Translations under genes and position numbers: made by a program | Shown here: one piece after another, positions 50,360-60,000 of the stretch | Position numbering within the stretch: the stretch's first letter is position 1 | Layout: every line of letters starts with the position of its first letter | Assembly: GCA_028534125.1 (NCBI GenBank) | Contig: CM052818.1 | Location: 3,846,001 to 3,906,000, forward strand | DNA length: 60,000 nucleotides | Direction: 5' to 3' | Source of the DNA: Lama glama | Taxonomy: Eukaryota | Notes under the pieces: model-generated | Databases searched by the model: none | The model's input: the letters and a program-made list of their open reading frames with translations, nothing else | What the model was told of the DNA's origin: nothing

Positions 50360-50743
50360 TTCACAGTTCCATGCTGTAAAAAAGACTGAATCATTTGGTT
50401 CTCCTAAGGGTCTGATGGCCGAAGAATTATTATCACAAAATGTGGACAGATAGAAAATCATTGTTTTTCATAGTAAATTTTACCTGTATATACACCAGAA
50501 ATTGACACAATGTAATTGACTGTGCTTCGGTAAAAACAAAACAAAACAAAACAAAAACCCCACAGTTGAATTGAAGCTTAGCTGTTATGACAATACAATC
50601 ATTATGTCTGGCTTTTGAAAATGGACATTTTCAATGTATAAATGTAAAGTTGCAGCTTGTAGCTGTTGTCACTTCTTAATGTGTTATAACTGACCTTGCA
50701 TGGTATGAGATAAAAGTTTAAACACTAGTGTTAAAAAAAAAAA
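50360..50743 (+). pseudogene. RANBP2: 5'-truncated processed pseudogene of RANBP2 (last codons of the cyclophilin domain, 3'UTR and poly-A)
   Basis: From 50376 it reads VKKTESFGSP-(frameshift)-GSDGRRIIITKCGQI, against the recalled RANBP2 C-terminus VKKIESFGSPKGSVCRRITITECGQI. GATAAA at 50709, A-run at 50733-50743, and flanking direct repeat ttccagctga at 50350-50359 and 50746-50755. Confidence 0.88.
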
Positions 50744-51851
50744 GTTTCCAGCTGAAACTCCAAAATATGGAAGGCTTTTCCAACTGGTCCCAATTGTCTT
50801 GTCTCTGCCTTCTCTCCTAAAAACCCACTGCAACCAATCACAGCCACACTGCCCGAAAACATGCCTTTACCCAGGGCTCTTACCCTGAGAAGGTGTCAAT
50901 TCTTCCTTCCTGGCCCAGTTCACTTATATCTCTCCTGCAAATCCTTCTTTGATTCCCCAGACACTCCTCTACATGATATCACTGGGTGTTGTTCTTGGTT
51001 AAAGCACTTATCATGGTAAATTGCAAATCCTTGGAGTACTTGTCTGATTCCCCTGCATTATATTTTTGTGTTCCTTAGACTTTGTAAATGTGGTTACTTA
51101 GATTCATATCAGTGTCTATGGTTCCGCCTGCCTTCCAGCCTTGTGCTGTAGACCCTCATGGGCCAGGGGCCTGCCCTGAATCTTGATCCAGTTGAGTGGA
51201 TTATTTCTAGATCCTTTTTCCAGACCCGCACCTCCGGCAAGAATCTGCTCCTGGTGAAGCTAGTGCTGCTCTAGGGAGATCTTGGACTATTGCTCAGCCT
51301 GGGATCACTGGTTGTGGTCCTTCTGCTGGAGAATTTGTCCCTCTTAAATCATGTTCAAACTCCCCATGTTCCTTGAAGGTGCATATTGGATAGTTGGCCA
51401 TCCTCTTTGGAGGCCTACCCTCCAACCAGCTCAGTGCCCCCTATTCTAACCCTACCTCATTCTGGCCCCCTTCTTCTCCTTCCAGCAGGTGCCATCATGG
51501 GCTCAGCATGACCCTGGATTGGGTTCATTCATTCATTCAATCACTCATTCAATCACCAGCTATCTACTGAGTAACAGCAACGTGCAGGCATCGTCCCAGG
51601 GGCTGGTGGCAGCAGTGAAAGAGACGCAGTCTTTGTTTTCCCACAAGGAACATATGGGCTACCCCGTTCCTGAGAGACAGTGGCTTTTTCCAATATCTGT
51701 GCTTTCTTTTTGCCAAGTTTCCAGTGGTTTCCAGACTTTTAACCTATCTCTGTATAGCAGCCAGAGGCCCACTTTCTTGTGAGACACTGGGAGGCATGAA
51801 GTGTTACAAAAACACTTCTGTGAACCCTCTTCCTGAAATAAAGAGTGGCCA

Positions 51852-52011
51852 AGGGGAGGGTACAGCTCAAGTGGTAGAGCGTATGCTTAGCATGCATGAG
51901 GTCCTAGGTTCAATCCTCAGTACCACCACTTACAGGAAAAAAAATTAAATAAATAAACCGAATTACTAGCGCCCCACCAAAAAAAACCACTTAAAAAACA
52001 AAAAAACAAAA
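51852..52011 (+). mobile_element. Full-length camelid SINE (Vic-1 type) with perfect TSD
   Basis: ggggagggtacagctcaagtggtagagcgtatgcttagcatgcatgaggtcctaggttcaatcc. TSD aaagagtggcca at 51840-51851 and 52012-52023. Confidence 0.95.
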
Positions 52012-55000
52012 AAAGAGTGGCCAGTCTTTGGCTCAGCAGGCCTTAGTGTGAGAGGGAGAAACCAAGAGACAACTTGGAATGTGGAAAAAGGGCATTTGGA
52101 GAGAGTTTTGCAGTCTTTAACTAGCAACACAAAAGGGGGAAAGTCCTCAGAATGGTTCTATTGGACTAAAATCATTTCAGGCAAATTCCTGAATTTGAAT
52201 CAAGCAAAGTCTTTCAGGGAAATTCTGGTAAAATTTTATACCAGAAGATAGGGTCCAAAAAGAAGAAATGTAAAAGAGAGGGGTCTGATTTTAAAATCTT
52301 GGGATTCTGAAATGAATGGGATTGGGAGTGAATCAAGAGAGTAAATCATTTGCCCTAAATCAATTTTAATGACTTTAGTTTTTAAACTTCGGAGGAAAAT
52401 TAGTGTCAGGTGAGTGTAACAATAAGACTCCTGTGGGTCTAACATTTACCTGCCAAGCTTATTAAAGTGCAGAATGGTGGGCTCCTCCCTAAGAATTTCT
52501 GACTCTTTAGGGCTCCTCCCCGCCTTGACACTACTGAGGGGAGAATTCCTTGCAGTTGAAGGGGATGGTTTCCTGTGCATTGTAGTGACAGCACTCAGCT
52601 TTCCCTCTCAAAACAAATACCTTTGGAAAAATACCACTACTTTGGGAAAAGAAAAATCTCAATTCATGAAAATCTGAAGGATAAAGTAATGAAAAATCCT
52701 TGGGAAACAAACTGACACCATGTTCATCCCCATAGAGATCAAACCACACTCCCAAATCCCAGTGAGTCGTGGCTTGGACACCAGAGGGTCCAAGTCTATC
52801 AGAAAAATCTTTCTGAGGCTGCAGATCTCATCTGCATGAGATGGTACCTGCCTCCAAACGTATTGGGTGTGATAGAAGATTTTACATAATAATAGGAGTT
52901 TTCTATGTGGTAAAAATACATCAACCTTAGTAAAGACTTGTTTCAATTTACTCTTCTAAATAGTCTAAACATTTCCCTTATGTTACTCCTTACTTGATTT
53001 GTTTACTGAGAAAATATATTTCCCCCTCCAAAATAGTAAAGAAACTGCAGTCTAACCCAGTTTGACTTATCACCAGATCTAATTTCCTGGTGTTGGTTTC
53101 CTAGTTATCAAGCAGGCAACATCTTCAAAGCTTTTCCCAGCCTGGTCCTAAAATACAGGCTTATCACGGACTCGAAAAGATGCACACTTCTTCATCAGGG
53201 GAAAAAAGCCTGTTTATAATGAACAGCACATCTTTTAACGAGACATTCCTTTAGACTTTCGGCATGGAAAGAGAAATGTCAGTAAACTAATAATATCCAG
53301 CCGTCACTCTTTGACAGACTACCACGTACCCCAAGGACCTCCACACTTTACAACAACCGTGCAAGACAGGTGTTAAGACAGGCTCAGGTGAACGTGCCCA
53401 GGATCATCCTAGAAAGCAGAAGGGCTAGGTTTTGAAATTAGGATTTTTGACTCCGTATCCTATATTCTTAATTCTTCCATTACGCTGCAATCAGAGCAGT
53501 CACTCCTGTTTTGATGTCACAGCGCTGAGTTTGCTGCATTTTATATTCATTCAAAACGAATTTCTCTGACTAGTGACTTGACATGGGTCGTCTCAAATTT
53601 ACTCAACCTCGGTACTGTTTGTAGCCGGGCTGGTCTTCGTGTAAACTAAGGGGAAAGAGAGGCTCTCCACTGAGTTAGCGTGGACTTTAGACCCTTCTTC
53701 CTAACTTTAGATCCCTTTCTTTCCTTCAAAGATTGTGACTCTCCAACCTGGAAACCACTACAAATCGAATCCTGACCACAGTCAATACAGAAGAGCATCA
53801 CCTGGGCATCCCTGTTACACAGCTGATTGATTATCAAGGATGTGGAACGTACATCCTAGGAGAGTAGCTGCCAACCTGAGAAGCAGCCCCAATCAGGAGG
53901 CACCAGAAATTGATACAAAATGAAAGGGGGGGGAAAAAAAGAATCATGGTTCCTGGGAGGGACCATGAATAAATGATGCTCATGGCCATTTCCAGTCCTT
54001 GCTCAGGTTGGCTTCTCTTTAGGGGAGGACCGCTTTCCACATCTCACCTGTAATTACCATTTTTCAAATGACCACTTGGGTTTTATATCCTCCACAAAGC
54101 CCTCATGACTCTTTCTGGATTCACTCCTTCTTTCTGTCCCTGAAATCCTACAGCATTGACAAACCTGGCTCCCACAGTCTTATACTTCGTTACAGATTCT
54201 TTTAAGTGCTTGCTGGACTCATTTTTCCAATCGGATTTTAAGCTTTTTAAGGACAGAGACTTGTAAAATGTGAATGGAGCACCAGAGACACAGTAAGAGT
54301 TTGAGAAATACTTGTTGAAAGACTCTCTGATTTTTGTACACTTTGGGTAAAAAATTATAGAATTTGAAGATATTTATCTAAAAGAAGATAATGTTCCGTG
54401 AAAAGTTCCTTAAGGCCTTAAATTTGGTCGCTTTATTTTCAAAAGGGCAAACTTCTTTTTAATATTTCTCTTAAAGCAGCATCATATTAGTGATTTTTCT
54501 CAAACTGTTGCTGGAGTCGGAGAAGGAAAGAGAGGCCAGTTAAGATTCTAGAGGTGGGATGTATTTAAACATGCTGAGAAGAGAGGGCTTTGGATGTTTG
54601 ACCATTTTCTATAGTCATGGAGCTCAACAAAGTTTACCATTTGTATAGGAATCTTTTAGCTCTTGGACGGAAAAAAATCCCTTTCCTGTAAAACTTCACG
54701 GAATTTCTGCTTCCTGGCAAGGGCAACAGTTATTCATTGCGGATCTTGAAAACCTGTGACATGGTTGTCCAAATGGGCACCAAATAAAGCGAGAAAAGAA
54801 AAGGCTGAACTACATATTTTGAAATTAGGTTTGGTTCCAGGTGATGGGCTGGGCAGGCTGTGACTGGCACTGATGAGACCAACCCTTTACTCCGACCCAG
54901 GAGACCATTTTTGATCTAAAAACCTTATTATCCTCCAAACCAGCTGCCCAAGAAACAAAGGCACATCCAAGACCTTACTTCACATCCTGGATGACCACAC

Positions 55001-55314
55001 ACTCCACCTGCATCTCTATTTTGCCCAGCGATGGCGTTAGTCTTTTTCATTTGAGCTTCTGTGTAGGGCCTTAATGGGGATGGAGATTGTATGTTTGAAT
55101 CGAGGTCCTTTTTCTCTGGATGATTTTGGTCATCTTGCCTGCTCCCTTTTAATCACCTGGACCTGGTCTAGTGACCAACATGTGCTCCTAGGAATACATC
55201 TTGTATTGGAAGGGTCCTTTGTTACAATGGGACTCTGAAGTGAGGCACCAACTCTGTGGGAAGAGTCTCCAACTATTTTAACTCAGTAACTTAACTAAGC
55301 TTCCATGATCGTAA

Positions 55315-56355
55315 CAACTAACGTTTATTGAGCACCTACTACCTGCCAGGCCTTCTTCAAGCACACAGCAGAATCATTTCATTTGATACTCACAATGCTG
55401 CTAAGAGATATAAATTATTATTATTCTACTTTTGCAGATTAGGAAATTGAGCACATCCGGGTTTGATAAATTGGTCAAGGCCACACAACCAGCCCACAGC
55501 GAAACCGATCTGGTTTCCCTCTGCCCCAGATCTCCCCTCTTCAGTCTTCTCCTGTCAACTGAGGGCACAACCATCCCTTCAGTTACTTAGGCTAAAGCCC
55601 TCGGAGCCATTCTTGATGACTCTCTTCTCAAACCCTACTACAGATGTTTTGGAAAATCCATTAACTTTGCCTTCAGGATATATCTGACTCTGACCCTAAC
55701 CTCTTCTCTCATCTCCATTGCTTCCTCCTGAGTCAAGCCACCATCATCACTTTAGTCTGAAATAGTACCATGCGCCTCCTAACTAGTCACAGTCCTTCCA
55801 TCCTTGTCTCCCCATGGGCTGTTCTTGCAGCCGGAGGAGTGATCTTTCAAAGGAAAGTCACACTGGGTTGCACCACTGCAAAAGCCAAAGTTCTCACAAG
55901 ACCCTGCACTCTCCATTACGTACTGCCAACTGCTCGCGACCGACCATCAGCCCTCTTGCTTCTCCTTAAACACACCAGGTGTCTCTGGCCATGAGCTCTA
56001 AGCACCAGGCCTCCCTGTTTGGCATGTTCTTCCCCGAGTCGCCCCACAGTGGACTTCAGATCCTCTTTTCAAATGCTGCCTTCTCAGTGTGTCTATTTAC
56101 AGTTCAAACCCACTCACTCACGCAGTACCAAATCCTCTTCCTCTGCTCCATTTTTTTCTATAGCACATATTACTTCTTAACATAGTGTCTAATTCATTAA
56201 TGTTAATTGTTCACTGTCTGCCTTCTCTCCCCGCATCCCCACGAGATAGCGATTTTCGTCTGTTGTGTCCTCTGATGTCTCCCGAGCACCCGGGACAGGG
56301 CCGATCTAGCACATTGAGTGTGATCAGTGAATACTTGTTGAATAAATGAATGAAT
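55315..56355. mobile_element. MIR (about 55315-55500) followed by L2 3' region
   Basis: aacgtttattgagcacctact...ttttgcagattaggaaattgag. L2 end cagtgaatacttgttgaataaatgaatgaatg. Confidence 0.75.
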
Positions 56356-57116
56356 GGGCTTGGATCTCAAGTCTTAGGGTGCTTGTAATTTTGTCGGAGA
56401 CATGCCGCATCCTCCAGCGAGAGGGAAATAATGCAGAAGACATTATGAGGTGGTGCCGAAGGGTCTGTTGAACAGAAAACTTAGTGACGTGCATGCAGAT
56501 GAAGGAGATGTGAAATGTAAGTGCAGGCTGGAGTGAGCCGGGAAGATACAGAGAAACTTTGCTGGGAGTTCTTCTCCCTGTGCGGTATATTAGTAAGGGC
56601 ACCGTTTCTTCTCGACTTAGAGGCCCAGGACTTGAGTGTGTGGTCCTGCCTCTGCCACACCACACACTTGGTCCCTAGATGGTTCCCTTTCCCACCTCCC
56701 TGCCCTCGTGGCCTCAGGGCATGGCTGCTTCTCTGGTACCGTCAGGTCAGACATAATGAGAAATACAGCGCTACATTGTTGGATCATTCAAAAGCAGGGA
56801 GGAATCTGGAAGGGAGTTGTTAGATCTGGGGTATTTTAAACATTTCCTGCAGGTTGGCAGGTTCCAAAAAGGGTAAGTTTCTAAAAGAATCAGGCAGGGT
56901 ACGCTTGGAGAAATGTCCCTGCTCTTGCATACAGTATTCATATCTGTCTCCACTGGGGGATGCCTGAGACGTGAACATTTCTCAATGGTGACACTCCCCT
57001 GTGACAACCTTAGTCTCTTGGTTTGGTCAAGTAGAACTTTCCCATTTTCTGTACCCACTTCACTGGCTTACCCAGCTTTTATAAGAAAACTGGCTTGTTC
57101 CTTACATAGGATGGAA

Positions 57117-57138
57117 AGTGTGTGTGTGTGTGTGTGTG
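57117..57138. repeat. (TG)n microsatellite
   Basis: Directly visible. Confidence 0.9.
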
Positions 57139-58308
57139 GGTAAGACAGGGGAGCTGGGGGGGGGTCTGTTGTCCATCTTGAGGCCTGGCCTCCTGCTTCT
57201 TTGAGGGACAACTCATTTTTATCTTGTCTGGCCTCCGTGCATGCCTGCCTTCTCCATCCACCGGGATGCTGTTAAGGACACAAACCTCAATTCCTGAGGG
57301 GTTTTAACAACATACACTCCAAATGCCAGCCAGGAAGTGGCCATGGTATCGGTCTAAGCTGACCATCAGGCCGAAAAAAAAAAAAAAAACTATTAGTCTT
57401 GAGAGTGATGTCATGGGAAAAGTGCATTTGGTTATAGAAAGTGAATATTCAATCAAAGGTTATTTTGGAAATGCTCACAGCAGGGGCGGAGGTCTGTACA
57501 TGAGCTACCCAAGCCCCGAGGCCTGTGACGGGCTGGGATCCGACACACTGACAGGGGATGGGAGCAATTACATGGGCGGAAGGCTTCCTGGCCACGCTGC
57601 ACATGAGAACCTTCAGGGGAGCCTGGGAGCCTCCAAAGCTGGGGCCACTCGAGAGACTTCATTTAATGGTCTGGCATGAGGTCAGAGCATCCATATTCTT
57701 TAAAAGCTCTCCAGGTGATCTTATTACACGGAAATGAATATGGCCTGACACAAAGGCTCCAGGGACAAGGAGTGGCTGGTAGAGGACCAGTCGGCGCCCT
57801 GCCTCACAACCCCGATGGCATAGGGCCCCTTCTCCCTCCTCTCCTGCTTCATGATTTTTCCATTTTCTCCTGGATTATTTCCACAATCATATAAACAAGC
57901 TGCAACTTCTCCCATTTAGAATAAAAAGACCCTCTTTAGACTTCACATCTTCCTTCAGTTACTACTCCATTTCCCTGCTTCCTTTTGGAGGAAAAACTAC
58001 CCAAGATGTGCTTTCTGGACAGGCTGTACAATTTCTTTCAGTGCATTTTCTCCTAAATGCATTCCACCCAGGCACTGCCCCTCAATACGGCATGGACTCT
58101 GGCCCCATCTTACCATCTGGCATGCCAGCGTGTCCAGGTCTCACCCCCAGTAACGAAAATGGGGAACCCGCAGAAGCACAGGCATCCCTGATACACTCTG
58201 GGGGGCAGCTCCCCGGACCCAGCCCGCGGCTGGCCTAGCAGAGCCAAGGTCAAAGCTCAGTGAACTGGAAAACCTTCCAGGGAGATGATAATGCCAATGA
58301 AGTTCTCA

Positions 58309-58599
<291 letters not shown>

Positions 58600-58730
58600 T
58601 TAGCATATGCCTGGCTTGTGTATCAAGGCCCCGGATTCAGCCTCCTTACTCTGTGGCGAGTTGCGCTGAATGGGCAGAGGCTGCTCTCATTGACCTGTCA
58701 CATTGTAGTAGGAAGAAGATTTCTTTTTTT

Positions 58731-58946
58731 ATTTTTAACTGACCTATAGTTGATTTATAATGTACAGGTGTACAGCAAAGAGATTCAGTTATACAAACAT
58801 ACAGTATATATTCTTTTTCAGATTCTTTTCCATTATAGGTTATTGTAAAATATTAAATGTAGTTCCCTATTCTATATAGTAGGCTATTGTTTATCTGTTT
58901 TATATATAGTAGTGTGTATCTATTAATCCCAAACTCCTAATTTATC
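58731..58946 (-). mobile_element. L1 3'-end fragment
   Basis: gtacagcaaagagattcagttatac...cagattcttttccattataggttatt...aatcccaaactcctaatttatc. Confidence 0.88.
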
Positions 58947-59559
58947 TTCAAAAATGGTCCAAATCAGTGGGGATAAACTGATCAAGCTGTAAACTCTACT
59001 GTGGTTGTCAGGACTCTCTGCAATCAGATTCCAATGGGGGTGGCTTTGTCACTACTCAGCTAGCTCACAGAGGGACAGCAGCAGATGACCTCATGTGCTG
59101 TCTACCTCCTCCATCTGTAAGACAAACACTGAAACACAAGCTTGCATTCTGCAGCCCGGACACAGGGCTAGTTTGTGGCATCCGTGGTATTACAGGCTGA
59201 TGTTAGGTGACCAGAGGTGGAGGCTTTATGATTTGAACAAATGATTGAAAGCAGAATTCAGATGAACAAGTATAGCATTTTTCCTTAAAGCCACCATTCT
59301 CTCTTCAGCCTGTCATAGACACATTTACAGAGAGGCTAGGGTGCGTTCTGTCATAAACATTGCTTCTCTGCTTCCCCGCATCTTTCTTTTCCTGCTCAGG
59401 GTGCTAATTCTCTTCCTTCTTTTGAATATTTTGATCACTTCTCATTAGCACTTATTGTAACTGCACCACCATGAGGTCTTCACCAGAAATTAGTTCTGGG
59501 CGCCTCGTGCAGTCTGGGTGGACTTGATGCTCTGCGGAGACAATGAGGAGGGAACACTG

Positions 59560-59975
59560 AGCTTGGCCTCAGAGCGTCTGAATCTGGGGTCGTGAACTAG
59601 CTGTTGACCCACTTAGCCTTTCTGAGCTTCCTTTCTGAGTTTCCTTATCTCTAAGAAAGGAGATCACCCTCTAGAAGGGCAATTATGATGCCAGGGTGAG
59701 GTAACATGTGTGAGAACTTTGGGAAGCTTGAGTGCTTTCTAGGCACGTAGCTGTGATGAAGCCAGACAGACCTTGGTTTGAACCCATACTCTGCCACTTG
59801 CTGCTGTGTGACCTCAGGCAAGCTACTTAAATTCTCTCAGCCACAGATTTCCCAGCTGTAAAATTGGGACGGTGTGTAATCTGCTTCACTAGGATCTTGG
59901 GAGGTTAAAGTCAGGTACCCTCTGTGAAACATTTATCCTCATGCCTGGCTCACTGTAAGCATCGGCGCCTTCCTC
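59560..59975 (+). mobile_element. Two tandem MIR copies
   Basis: ctgagtttccttatctctaag, and ggtttgaacccatactctgccacttgctgctgtgtgacctcaggcaagctacttaa...ctgtaaaattggg. Confidence 0.8.
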
Positions 59976-60000
59976 ATTATCTGGAGGAGTCTAGAGAAAG

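Noticed and set aside
51853..51925. tRNA-like sequence, also present in the other six copies
   Set aside because: A-rich tails, TSDs and dispersed diverged copies show these are SINE heads, not tRNA genes.

Overview
This is mammalian genomic DNA, not microbial. The tRNA-derived Vic-1-type SINEs point to a camelid (alpaca, llama or camel). The whole window lies inside the anthrax toxin receptor 1 gene (ANTXR1/TEM8) on the minus strand. Five coding exons with canonical AG/GT boundaries are readable (exons 12-16 by human numbering, recalled from memory). They encode the end of the Ig-like ectodomain, the transmembrane helix and the proximal cytoplasmic tail. The rest is intron filled with L1, L2, MIR, SINE, hAT, Tigger and LTR remnants, and almost all ORFs in the supplied track are spurious. 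Best non-obvious signals: (1) a candidate soluble-isoform terminal exon whose splice acceptor lies inside a MER53-like hAT transposon, with an L1 fragment inserted about 15 nt upstream; (2) a 5'-truncated, apparently twin-primed RANBP2 retrocopy; (3) a decayed counterpart of the human short-isoform terminal exon; (4) a tailless internal L1 ORF2 insertion with a target-site duplication; (5) a perfect palindromic RFX X-box beside exon 14. I found no evidence of a wholly new multi-gene system. Human-sequence and repeat-family comparisons are from recollection and were not searched.
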